Source: an uncultured Gammaproteobacteria bacterium (GTDB taxonomy: Bacteria; Pseudomonadota; Gammaproteobacteria; DRLM01). From it: DNA of 64,000 bases. The stretch is taken from assembly GCA_963729605.1 (NCBI GenBank), contig CAVSNY010000002.1:145824-209823 (forward strand), given 5' to 3'. Both the position numbers and the translations under genes were made by a program. The notes under the pieces are model-generated. The model searched no databases. It was not told the DNA's origin and was given only the letters and a program-made list of their open reading frames with translations. Of this stretch, positions 9,911 through 19,053 are shown one piece after another; the first letter of the stretch is position 1, and each line of letters starts with the position of its first letter.

Positions 9911-9967
9911 CGCAATACACTCCCGCGCTATTCGATATATTGAGCGCTACCTGTCTATGGGCACTAC

Positions 9968-10757
9968 CTACCAAACGAATTTTACCCCGATTAGCATGAG
10001 CATGCTTGCCAAAATGGGGCGCATTACCTTTTCCGGCACATGGTGGCTCAGCCGGCTGCCGAGATAAATACCCGGCAAGGAGCCGGGCAGCAAACTGCCC
10101 AGCAGTACAAAATCCACGGTTCCCATGTGGAGGTGACCCAGGCCGGCCACCGCGGTGAGCGGCACGGCATGGGCGATGTCCGTGCCCACGATCCGTACGG
10201 TCGGCAGGCCTGGATCCAGAAAAAACAATATCGCCGCACCGAGGGCGCCGGCACCCACCGAGGTCAGCGTGACCAATATGCCTAACACCACACCGGCGGC
10301 AATCGTGATCGCCTCGCGCCACCGTTTCCATGCCGATAATTTTTGGCTGCTCAGGCGTTGCCCCAATTGCTGAAATTCGCCCTTGAAAAGCAAGGCGATG
10401 GAAGTCAGGATCAGGGCAAGACCCAGGGCGGTGGTAATAATAGTGTTTAGCCGTTCATTATGCACGCCTATTTGCTGTACCCCGTACGTGGTCAGCAGAG
10501 AGGCGGGAACGCTCCCCGCCGCCAATAAGCCCACGATCCGCCATTCTATGGTCTTCAGGCGGGAATGAATCCATACCCCGCCGGACTTGGTGATGGCGGC
10601 GAACAAGAGGTCGGTGCCCGCGGCCTTGACCGGCGGGATGCCAAACACGAATACCAGCAGAGGCGTCATGAGCGAACCGCCGCCGACCCCCGGTGAGGCC
10701 TGCTAAGGCTCCGACTAATAATCTTGAAAGCGTGTCGCCCAATCCATAAAACTCCAT
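9968..10757 (-). pseudogene. TauE/SafE-family sulfite/anion exporter, interrupted by a 1-nt frameshift in a homopolymer
   Basis: The N-terminus MEFYGLGDTLSRLLVGALAGLTG (ATG at 10757) is in one frame. The rest (..GVGGGSLMTPLLVFVFG.., track ORF 9968..10669) is in another. The frames meet at the C5 run 10687..10691. Confidence 0.65.
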
Positions 10758-10894
10758 GCCGAATCGCGGTCGTGCAGCCCCGCCACCGCGAATTTCGCGG
10801 GGGCTTAAGCCTGGGGGTGGCTACTCTAACAAGCCTTGTATATCGTGAAAAATAATATAATATTCTAAAAATATCTTTTTGAGTTATATGAATT
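10758..10894. promoter_or_regulatory. AT-rich divergent promoter region between tauE-like and cysB
   Basis: A marked AT-rich stretch (tatatcgtgaaaaataatataatattctaaaaatatcttttt) sits between two divergently oriented starts. Confidence 0.4.
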
Positions 10895-11818
10895 ATGAAG
10901 CTACAGCAATTGCGCTTCGTGCGGGAGGTGGTTCGCCGCGGTTTCAACGTTTCCACCGCCGCCGAGGCGCTCCATACCGCCCAACCCGGGGTGAGTAATC
11001 AAATCCAGCTTCTGGAGCAGGAATTGGGCGTGCAAATTTTTGAGCGCAAGGGCAAACGTTTGACCGGTTTGACCCGGCCCGGGCAGGTGATCGTCGAGAT
11101 GATAGATCGAGTACTGCGCGAGTCGGATAACATCAAACGGGCGGGGGCGGAATTTTCGAGTGAGGGCAATGGCACCTTGTCGATCGCCACTACCCATACC
11201 CAGGCCCGCTACGCCTTGCCGCCGGTGATCAAACGTTTCACCGAGCGTTTTCCCGCGGTGCGCCTGGACATTCATCAAGGTAATCCGACTCAGGTATCCG
11301 AGATGGCGGTGGCGGGGGTGGTGGATATCGCCATCGCCACCGAGGCGATCGACTTGTTTCCCCAGCTAGTGGTGTTGCCCTGTTACGAGTGGAATCGCTG
11401 CGTGGTCGCGCCGCCCGGCCATCCGATCCTGAATGAGCAGCCGCTCACCTTGGAGGCGATCGCCCAGTACCCCATCGTTACCTATGATTTCGCCTTCGCG
11501 GGGCGCTCCAAGATCAACAAGGCCTTCGAGGCGCGGGGTCTGCAACCCAACGTGGTGTTGACCGCCATCGACTCCGACGTGATCAAGACTTACGTGGAGC
11601 TGGGCTTAGGAATTGGCGTGTTGGCGAAAATGGCCTTCGATCCGGAGCGTGACCGTAATCTGCGCATGCTCGACGCCTCTCATCTGTTCGAACCCAGCAC
11701 CACCCGCATCGGCATCCGCCGCGGCGCCTATCTGCGCGGCTATGTGTATACCTTCATCGAGTTGTTCGCCCCCCACCTCAGCCGCGCCGTCGTGGCGGCG
11801 GCCATGGCCGAGACCTAA
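10895..11818 (+). CDS. cysB: LysR-family regulator, CysB/Cbl-like
   Basis: 307 aa. The N-terminal HTH MKLQQLRFVREVVRRGFNVSTAAEALHTAQPGVSNQIQLLEQELG is characteristic of CysB. It is adjacent to sulfur-assimilation genes. Confidence 0.8.
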   Translation: MKLQQLRFVREVVRRGFNVSTAAEALHTAQPGVSNQIQLLEQELGVQIFERKGKRLTGLTRPGQVIVEMIDRVLRESDNIKRAGAEFSSEGNGTLSIATTHTQARYALPPVIKRFTERFPAVRLDIHQGNPTQVSEMAVAGVVDIAIATEAIDLFPQLVVLPCYEWNRCVVAPPGHPILNEQPLTLEAIAQYPIVTYDFAFAGRSKINKAFEARGLQPNVVLTAIDSDVIKTYVELGLGIGVLAKMAFDPERDRNLRMLDASHLFEPSTTRIGIRRGAYLRGYVYTFIELFAPHLSRAVVAAAMAET

Positions 11819-12027
11819 TGCGGGTCTGATATAACCGCCGACTATATTTTCAGGCGTATCCCCTTTCTTCAAGACGCCGGTGGACTGGCGGCAGGGGATG
11901 ATTGCGTGATCGTACTCGCGCACCGATCACGAGCTAGGGCAGGAAAAATTTCCGAAGGGCTATAAAGAAGTGAAGCCGTGTCCGCGCAAGGCATCGCGGC
12001 CTGACGGATAAGTTGGCGATGTGTTGG

Positions 12028-12060
12028 AATGACGAAAGGCGCAATCGCCCTTTCGTCATT
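12028..12060. terminator. strong hairpin just downstream of the topA stop and between convergent genes
   Basis: aatgacgaaagg..cctttcgtcatt forms a 12-bp stem. There is no clear U-run, so the terminator call is tentative. Confidence 0.4.
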
Positions 12061-12068
12061 TATGCGCT

Positions 12069-14369
12069 TCAGGAGGACGGCGGTTCAGGCGCCAATTCCG
12101 GCGCGGGCGCGCTGTAGCCGCATTCTTTTTGCGGACAGACCTTTTCCGTGCCGCGCCGTTTGGTGGTCTTCAAGGTCAGGAACGGCCAGCTGCATTTCGG
12201 GCAGGCCTCGGCGATGGGTTCGTTCCACACCGCGTATTTGCAATCCGGATAACGCGAGCAGGAATAGAAAATTTTTCCGTAACGCGATTTGCGTTTCAAC
12301 AGATTGCCCTGATGGCATTCCGGACAAACGACTTGCGTGTCGGCCGGTTTTTCCAGCGGTTCGATGTATTTGCACTTCGGGTAATTGCTGCAGCCGATGA
12401 ACTTGCCGTAACGGCCCTGGCGGATGATCAGATCCGATTCGCACTGCGGGCAGTTGCGGCCTTCCACTTTTTCGGGGGCTTCCGGTTCCTTGTCGTCGCC
12501 GAGGCCGCGGGTGTAGTCGCATTCCGGATAACCGGTGCAGCCGACGAAACGGCCGCGCCGGCCCAGGCGGGTGGCGAGCGGTTTGCCGCATTTGGGGCAG
12601 GCCTCGTCCATCGCCTCTTGCGTCACATCCTTGCGCGCGACGTTTTGTTCGGTGTCATCCACCCGGTCTTTGAAGGGCTGCCAAAACGCGCGCAGCAGCG
12701 GCACCCACTCGCCTTCGCCGCGCGACACCGCGTCCAGGTCGTCTTCCAGCTTGGCGGTGAAATCGTAATCGACGTATTGCGTGAAATAACCGGTGAGGAA
12801 TTTATTCACCACCCGCGCCACGTCGGTGGGAATGAAGCGGCGCTTGTCCATGGTGACGTATTCGCGCGCCTGCAAGGTGGAGATGATCGCCGCATACGTC
12901 GACGGCCGGCCGATGCCATGTTCTTCCAGTGCTTTCACTAGGCTTGCTTCCGAATAACGCGGCGGCGGTTCGGTGAAGTGCTGTTCGGGACGGATTTGAT
13001 TGAGCTTGATCTGCGCACCTTCGGTCAGCGGCGGCAGCAGGCGATTGTCGTCATCGCCCTTGCCGTCGTCCACGCCTTCTTCATACACGGCGAGGAAACC
13101 GGGATTGGTGACCGTGGAGCCGGTGGCGCGGAAAATATTGCCCTCGCCCGCGCTGAGGTCGGCGCTCACCGTGTCGATGGTGGCGTGGATCATCTGGCAG
13201 GCGACGGTGCGTTTCCAGATCAATTCGTAGAGCTTGAGCTGGTCGGCGGAAAGATGGGCTTTCAACGAATCCGGCGTTTGCGCCGCCACGGTGGGACGCA
13301 CGGCCTCGTGGGCCTCTTGCGCGTTCTTCGATTTGGTTTTGTAGGTGTTGGGCGTCGCCGGCAGATTGTCGGCGCCGTAACGTTGGGTGATGAGTTCGCG
13401 GATCTCGTTCACCGCTTCTTGCGCCAGATTCACCGAGTCGGTACGCATGTAGGTGATCAAACCCACCGTGCTGCCGCCGATGTCGATACCTTCGTACAAT
13501 TGCTGGGCGATGCGCATGGTGCGCAAGGTCGTGAAACCCAGTTTGCGCGCGGCCTCCTGTTGCAGGGTGGACGTGGTGAACGGCGGCGCCGGATTGCGCT
13601 TGCGCTGCTTCTTTTCCACTTTGGCGACGACGAGTTTGCCGCCCGCCGCCTTGCTGAGCGCTTGCTCCGCGGCGCGGGCCTCGGCCTCGTTGTCGATGCT
13701 GAACTGGGTGAGCTTGTTGCCCTGGTAATGGCTGAGTTTGGCGGTGAAGGTCTCTTTCGCTTTACCGAGGTCGGCCTCGATGGTCCAGTATTCGCGGGCC
13801 TGGAATTTTTCGATTTCTTCCTCGCGCTCGACGATCATCCGCAAGGCGGGACTCTGCACCCGCCCCGCCGACAGGCCGGGCCGGACTTTCTTCCACAGCA
13901 GCGGCGAGAGGTTGAAACCGACCAGATAATCCAGCGCGCGTCGCGCCTGCTGGGCGTTGACCAAATCCATGGACACGTCGCGCGGGTGTTGCACCGCCTC
14001 TTGAATGGCGCGTTCGGTGATTTCGTGGAAGACCACCCGGCGGACTTGTTTGTCGCCCAGCAGTTTTTTCTCTCGCAGCAACTCGCACAAATGCCAGGAG
14101 ATGGCCTCGCCTTCGCGATCCGGGTCGGTGGCGAGATAGAGCGTTTCGGCCTTGCCCATTTCCTTGGCGATGGCGGCGAAGTGCTTTTCGTTCTTTTCGA
14201 TGGCCTGATACTTCATGGCGAAGTCATGGGCCGGATCGACCGCGCCCTCTTTGGGGAGCAGATCGCGGACATGGCCATAGGAGGCGAGGACGGTAAAGTC
14301 CTTGCCCAGGTATTTCTTGATGGTTTTTGCCTTGGCCGGCGATTCGACGATGACCAGATTTTTACTCAT
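12069..14369 (-). CDS. topA: DNA topoisomerase I
   Basis: 766 aa. It has the TOPRIM N-terminus MSKNLVIVESPAKAKTIKKYLG, the active-site region GLITYMRTDS and several C-terminal CxxC...CxxC zinc ribbons. Confidence 0.95.
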   Translation of the reverse strand: MSKNLVIVESPAKAKTIKKYLGKDFTVLASYGHVRDLLPKEGAVDPAHDFAMKYQAIEKNEKHFAAIAKEMGKAETLYLATDPDREGEAISWHLCELLREKKLLGDKQVRRVVFHEITERAIQEAVQHPRDVSMDLVNAQQARRALDYLVGFNLSPLLWKKVRPGLSAGRVQSPALRMIVEREEEIEKFQAREYWTIEADLGKAKETFTAKLSHYQGNKLTQFSIDNEAEARAAEQALSKAAGGKLVVAKVEKKQRKRNPAPPFTTSTLQQEAARKLGFTTLRTMRIAQQLYEGIDIGGSTVGLITYMRTDSVNLAQEAVNEIRELITQRYGADNLPATPNTYKTKSKNAQEAHEAVRPTVAAQTPDSLKAHLSADQLKLYELIWKRTVACQMIHATIDTVSADLSAGEGNIFRATGSTVTNPGFLAVYEEGVDDGKGDDDNRLLPPLTEGAQIKLNQIRPEQHFTEPPPRYSEASLVKALEEHGIGRPSTYAAIISTLQAREYVTMDKRRFIPTDVARVVNKFLTGYFTQYVDYDFTAKLEDDLDAVSRGEGEWVPLLRAFWQPFKDRVDDTEQNVARKDVTQEAMDEACPKCGKPLATRLGRRGRFVGCTGYPECDYTRGLGDDKEPEAPEKVEGRNCPQCESDLIIRQGRYGKFIGCSNYPKCKYIEPLEKPADTQVVCPECHQGNLLKRKSRYGKIFYSCSRYPDCKYAVWNEPIAEACPKCSWPFLTLKTTKRRGTEKVCPQKECGYSAPAPELAPEPPSS

Positions 14370-14517
14370 CGCACTCTATTAAGTCTGTTGATGTTCAGCG
14401 TCATGCTGTTTCGCACCGCCTGACATAATCAGTGGTGCCCCTCGCCGCCCATAGCGGGCCGCTTTGATTGGTTTACGGCGTGTTTGGACGGTTCGCCCGC
14501 CGTGTCGTACTGGCGCT

Positions 14518-14997
14518 TTAATGCAGCCAGCCGGGGCTGCCCTCGAATAACAAATCTTCCATCCAGGCGAAGGCGGCTTCCTTGCCGGGCTGGTTGAAGA
14601 GGACCAGCAGGATAACCCATTTGAGGTCGGTCAGGTCGGTTTCACCGGTATCGAGGGCCATGATGCGGTCTATCACCAATTCCCGGCTGGACGGGTCCAG
14701 GACGCCGACTTGCTCGAGAAACATCAGAAAACCGCGGCTTTCGGTGTCGAGCCGTTTGATTTCCTCGGCGGTGTAGATACGCAGCGCGCGGGCGGCGGGT
14801 GTGGTGACGGCCCCGGCGTTTTCCCGCATGGCGGCCAAGCCCTCTAACCAGGAAAAGGCCTTGTTGATTTCTTGGTCGGGGAAGCCGGCGCGCTGCAATT
14901 CCGAACGCAGCGAGGCCTCGTCGGCGCTGTCGTCTATGTCCCCGCAAATGTAGTTTTCCAGCAGGTACATCAGGATATCCAGCATATTTTCTTTCAT
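14518..14997 (-). CDS. smg: Smg (DUF494) protein
   Basis: 159 aa beginning MKENMLDILMYLLENY. It occupies the conserved position between dprA and topA. Confidence 0.8.
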   Translation of the reverse strand: MKENMLDILMYLLENYICGDIDDSADEASLRSELQRAGFPDQEINKAFSWLEGLAAMRENAGAVTTPAARALRIYTAEEIKRLDTESRGFLMFLEQVGVLDPSSRELVIDRIMALDTGETDLTDLKWVILLVLFNQPGKEAAFAWMEDLLFEGSPGWLH

Positions 14998-15020
14998 CAG
15001 CCTCGTCTCTGGTCGGTCGT

Positions 15021-16136
15021 TTACGGCATGCGGGTATACAGGCCGCCCGGTCCGGATATCACCTTTCCATGCAATTCAAGTACCACCAGCATGGAGGAAA
15101 CCTGCTCGGTCGTCAATCCGCTGCGTTCCACCACCGTATCGATGGAGGTGGGTTCGAAGCCGAGGGAATTCAATAGGCTTGAGAATTCATCGCCGTTTTC
15201 GGCGCCGCTGTCGGCCGGGCCGGTATTCTGCGTAAAAAAGGGTTTACCGGCGGTAAAGCCCGCCAATTCTTCGAGGATGTCCTCACCGGTTTCCACCAAT
15301 TTCGCCCCTTGCCGGATCAAGGCGTGGCAGCCGCGGGACAGCGGATTGTGGATGGAGCCGGGGATGGCGAACACCTCCCGGCCTTGTTCATTGGCCAGCC
15401 GGGCGGTGATCAGTGAACCGCTTTGGGGCGCGGCCTCCACCACCAAGGTGCCCAGCGCGAGACCGCTGATGATCCGGTTGCGGCGGGGAAAGTGGTCCGG
15501 CCGCGGCGGTGTGCCCACCGGGAATTCGGAGATCAGCGCGCCCTGTTCGGCGATGGCATGGGCCAGCTCCCGATGCTGGGCCGGATAAACGCGGTCGAGG
15601 CCGGTACCGGCCACGGCCAGGGTGGGTCCCGGGACTTGCAATGCGCCGCGATGCGCGGCGGCGTCGATGCCGACGGCCATGCCGCTGGTGATGGTGAGAC
15701 CGGCCCGGCTCAAATGGGCGGCGAAGTCGGCGGCGGTGCGTTCGCCGGCGGGACTGGGATTGCGGCTGCCCACCACCGCGAGTTGAGGGGCGCGGAGGAG
15801 GGTCGGGTCGCCATGGATGAACAGGGCCGGTGGCGGGTCGGGGATTTCCCGCAGCAGCGGCGGGTAGTCCGGATCATTTACCGTGAGGAAGTGATGATCG
15901 GGTTGAGCGAGCCAGGCGAGATCGGCGTCGATCTCCGCCCAGGCCGGATTCGCCAGGTAGGCGCGGGTCGGGGCGGAGAGTCTGAGCTCATGCCAGGCGG
16001 ACTCGCCCGCCTCGAAGAGCCGGCGCGGCGTGACGAAACGGGATAACAACACCCGTGCCCCCGCGGCGCCGATGCCCGGCAGGCGGAGCAGTGCGAGCCA
16101 ATAGGCCCGTTCGTCCTCGCCCTGTGATTCCCCCAT
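15021..16136 (-). CDS. dprA: DNA-processing protein DprA/Smf
   Basis: The DprA Rossmann-like core ITSGMAVGIDAAAHRGAL is present. The track ORF extends to 16193, but that extension overlaps repeat copy B, so the ATG at 16136 (MGESQGEDERAYW) is preferred. Confidence 0.85.
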   Translation of the reverse strand: MGESQGEDERAYWLALLRLPGIGAAGARVLLSRFVTPRRLFEAGESAWHELRLSAPTRAYLANPAWAEIDADLAWLAQPDHHFLTVNDPDYPPLLREIPDPPPALFIHGDPTLLRAPQLAVVGSRNPSPAGERTAADFAAHLSRAGLTITSGMAVGIDAAAHRGALQVPGPTLAVAGTGLDRVYPAQHRELAHAIAEQGALISEFPVGTPPRPDHFPRRNRIISGLALGTLVVEAAPQSGSLITARLANEQGREVFAIPGSIHNPLSRGCHALIRQGAKLVETGEDILEELAGFTAGKPFFTQNTGPADSGAENGDEFSSLLNSLGFEPTSIDTVVERSGLTTEQVSSMLVVLELHGKVISGPGGLYTRMP

Positions 16137-16185
16137 CCCTGTTCCGAATGCCCCTCGTTGGTTTTTTATTAAGGCAAGCGCTGAT

Positions 16186-16305
16186 AATTCCATCCTGAAT
16201 TTTCAGGGCACGGAAGCGAAAAAGGTGATTTTCGCTTTGCTTCATGTTCAATGGCGGTTAGCCATTGAACATGAATGCACCCCCGTGTGCCGCCAGGGAC
16301 CCTGG
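16186..16305 (+). repeat. copy B of the ~125-bp structured intergenic repeat family
   Basis: It reads aattccatcctgaattttcagggcacggaagcgaaaaaggtgattttcgctttgcttcatgttcaatggcggttagccattgaacatgaatgcacccccgtgtgccgcc, with two clear internal hairpins. Confidence 0.8.
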
Positions 16306-16320
16306 ATAAGTCCGCGGCCC

Positions 16321-17394
16321 CTAAGGGTTGCGCACCGCGTCATACAGGCGGATATCCCGCGTCGCCTCCATCACTAAAGCGTAGCTTACTTTATCGAAGA
16401 CGCGGAACACCATGACCAGCCCTTCCTGCGCGTCCGGCAGCTTCACCAGCCCCGCTTTGGGTTTCACCGGGTCGCGCACCTCTGCTCCGGAGTGGAAGGC
16501 GGCCAGCACATTGCCGGGGCGCACCCCGTCGTTGTGGCCGAGGTTGAGCACCACCACTTGGTAGCGGCCGGCGCGGGAGATGGCGTCGAAGAGGGCGACG
16601 ATACCGCCCTCCACGTTTTTATCCGGGGCGCTGGGCACGAAGTTGAAGTCGCGCGCCTCGTTTTCGGGGGTGGCGATCAGCCGGTCGCCGCTCAGGGTTT
16701 CGCGGGTGGCTTTCATCAGGGTGAGGGTGGCGGGATCGCCGTAGGCCTCCACCCGGCCGTCCGCTACCTTGAGGGCCTCATAACCGAGCACGTCGTCTTT
16801 TTTGGCGTGGGGATTGCGATAGACCGTGCCGGTGCGGAACACTTGATAACGGGTGGTGCTGCGGTCGTTGACGCCGCGGGCGTAGATTTTATTGCCGGTA
16901 CCGCCGATCAAGCGTCCCTCTTCGATGGAGATCACGTAGCCGGATTTTTCCAATTCATCGGGTGAAATGATTTGGGCGTCGAGCAGGAACTGTTCGATCG
17001 CCTCGATGGGCACGGTGGGAATGGGCCGATTCAGCGTGGTGATACGGACTTGCGGCGAGAGTTTCACCACATTGCCGGTGCCGGCGCTGTCCGCCGCGTC
17101 GCTCTGAGCCGAGGGGCGTTCCAATTGCAGCACCGGTTGCCCCTCGCGATACGTGAGGCTGATGATGTCGCCGGGATAGATGAGATGGGGATTGTCGATC
17201 TGGGGATTGATCTCCCACACGTCGGGCCAGCGCCAGGGGTCGCGCAGAAAGCGTGAAGAAATATCCCAGAGCGTGTCGCCCTTGACGACTACGTAACGAT
17301 CGGGATGCTCGGGGTTGAGCGTAACGGTGTCGGCGTGGGCGGTGCTCAAGGCCAAGGCCAGCAGCAGTGCCGTCACGGTATTGCGAATCGTCAT
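16321..17394 (-). CDS. LysM-domain peptidoglycan-binding protein (TsaP-like position)
   Basis: 357 aa with a signal peptide (TALLLALALSTAHA) and a LysM motif (YVVVKGDTLWDISSRFLRDPWRWPDVWEINPQIDNPHLIYPGDIISL). It has the dprA-def synteny seen for TsaP-like proteins. Confidence 0.7.
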   Translation of the reverse strand: MTIRNTVTALLLALALSTAHADTVTLNPEHPDRYVVVKGDTLWDISSRFLRDPWRWPDVWEINPQIDNPHLIYPGDIISLTYREGQPVLQLERPSAQSDAADSAGTGNVVKLSPQVRITTLNRPIPTVPIEAIEQFLLDAQIISPDELEKSGYVISIEEGRLIGGTGNKIYARGVNDRSTTRYQVFRTGTVYRNPHAKKDDVLGYEALKVADGRVEAYGDPATLTLMKATRETLSGDRLIATPENEARDFNFVPSAPDKNVEGGIVALFDAISRAGRYQVVVLNLGHNDGVRPGNVLAAFHSGAEVRDPVKPKAGLVKLPDAQEGLVMVFRVFDKVSYALVMEATRDIRLYDAVRNP

Positions 17395-17542
17395 AGTCGA
17401 CCCTTTTCCAGGTTGCTTCGCGGGAGTGTAGCCGAATCATGCCGCGGTCTCTAGCTGGGTGGCATCCACCCGCGTAAGTTCGGTATGATCGTCAGGCTAG
17501 CAATATATACGGCCGCTTGACTAAGACCTTGATGGATTTCCT

Positions 17543-18046
17543 ATGGCGATACTTCCCATTTTGCATTTTCCCGATCCCCGTTTGCGCAATCCGGCCCAGC
17601 CGGTGGCGCGGGTCGACGACGAGGCGCGTCGCCTGCTCGACGATATGTTGGAGACCATGTACGCCGCGCCGGGCATCGGGCTGGCCGCGCCGCAGGTCAA
17701 TGTGTCCAAACGCATGATCGTCATCGACATCTCCGAAGAGCGCAACGATCCGCGTTATTTCGTCAATCCCGAGATCCTCGCGCGGCGCGGCAACGAGGTG
17801 TTCGAGGAAGGTTGCCTGTCGGTGCCCAATATCTACGAAACCGTCGAGCGCGCGGCCTGGGTCCGGGTAAAAGCGCTCGGCCGGGACGGCAAATCCTACG
17901 AGTTGGAGGCCGACGGTCTGCTGGCGGTGTGCATACAACACGAGATCGATCACCTGGAAGGCAAGCTGTTCGTCGATTACCTTTCCGAACTGAAGCGCGG
18001 CCGCATCCGCAAGAAAATGGAAAAATTGCGGCGCCATACCTTATGA
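17543..18046 (+). CDS. def: peptide deformylase
   Basis: Motifs [13 protein letters not shown] and HEIDH are all present. Confidence 0.95.
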   Translation: MAILPILHFPDPRLRNPAQPVARVDDEARRLLDDMLETMYAAPGIGLAAPQVNVSKRMIVIDISEERNDPRYFVNPEILARRGNEVFEEGCLSVPNIYETVERAAWVRVKALGRDGKSYELEADGLLAVCIQHEIDHLEGKLFVDYLSELKRGRIRKKMEKLRRHTL

Positions 18047-18084
18047 GCCCAAGGGCTGCCGCCCCTTAATTCAAGCGACTCCTT

Positions 18085-19053
18085 ATGCCACTGAACATCG
18101 TTTTTGCCGGTACCCCCGAGTTCGCGCGGGTCGCCCTGGCGGCGTTGCTGCAATCGGGGCATGCGCTGCGCGCCGTGTACACCCAGCCCGACCGGCCCGC
18201 CGGGCGCGGCCGCAAATTGAGCGCGAGTCCGGTGAAACAGCTGGCGATCGACGCGGGGGTCGCGGTGCATCAGCCGCCCAGCCTGAAGCCGGCGGCGGAA
18301 CACGACATCCTGCGCGGCCACGGCGCCGATGTGATGGTGGTGGTGGCCTACGGCCTGATCCTGCCGCGGGCGGTGCTGGACATTCCGCGCCACGGCTGCC
18401 TCAACATCCACGCCTCGCTGTTGCCGCGCTGGCGCGGCGCGGCGCCCATCCAGCGCGCCATCCTGGCGGGTGATGATGAAACCGGCATCACCATCATTCA
18501 AATGAACGCCGGGCTCGATACCGGCGACATGTTGCTGAAACTCGCCTGTCCCATCGCCGCCGACGACACGGCGCAAAGCCTGCACGACAAATTGGCCACG
18601 CTCGGCGCCGAGGCGATACTCGCCGCCCTCGCGCACGTGGAGCGGGGCGATGTGCGGCGCGAGGCGCAGGACGATGCGCTGTCCTGTTACGCCGCCAAGC
18701 TCGACAAGGCCGAGGCCTCGATGAATTGGTCGCGGCCCGCCCGCGAGCTCGACCGCCAGGTGCGCGCCTTCAACCCCTGGCCGGTGGCGCAGACCCAATG
18801 GGGCGATAAAACCCTGCGGGTGTGGCGCGCCCTCGCCGTCGCTTCGGAGTCCCGCGCCGCGCCGGGCACGGTGCTCGCCGCCGGCCGCCACGGTATCGAT
18901 GTCGCCACCGGCGACGGCGCGCTGCGACTCTTGGAGATCCAACTCCCCGGCGGCCGGCCCTTGCCGGTCGCGGCGATACTCAACGCCCATCCTCTCGTTT
19001 CCGGCGCGGTGTTGGGCGTCGCGGGACAGGCCGTCCGCTCCGATGCGGATTAA
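18085..19053 (+). CDS. fmt: methionyl-tRNA formyltransferase
   Basis: 322 aa with the HASLLPRWRGAAPIQ motif. It lies downstream of def. Confidence 0.95.
   Translation: MPLNIVFAGTPEFARVALAALLQSGHALRAVYTQPDRPAGRGRKLSASPVKQLAIDAGVAVHQPPSLKPAAEHDILRGHGADVMVVVAYGLILPRAVLDIPRHGCLNIHASLLPRWRGAAPIQRAILAGDDETGITIIQMNAGLDTGDMLLKLACPIAADDTAQSLHDKLATLGAEAILAALAHVERGDVRREAQDDALSCYAAKLDKAEASMNWSRPARELDRQVRAFNPWPVAQTQWGDKTLRVWRALAVASESRAAPGTVLAAGRHGIDVATGDGALRLLEIQLPGGRPLPVAAILNAHPLVSGAVLGVAGQAVRSDAD

Noticed and set aside
7430-9943. 837-aa + strand ORF
   Set aside because: It is exactly antisense to the well-supported sulfite reductase gene (7595..9910). The sequence is low-complexity and Gly/Ala/Arg/Asp-rich.
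12978-14423. 481-aa + strand ORF
   Set aside because: It is antisense to topA and has no motifs. The same reasoning applies to 12129..12941.
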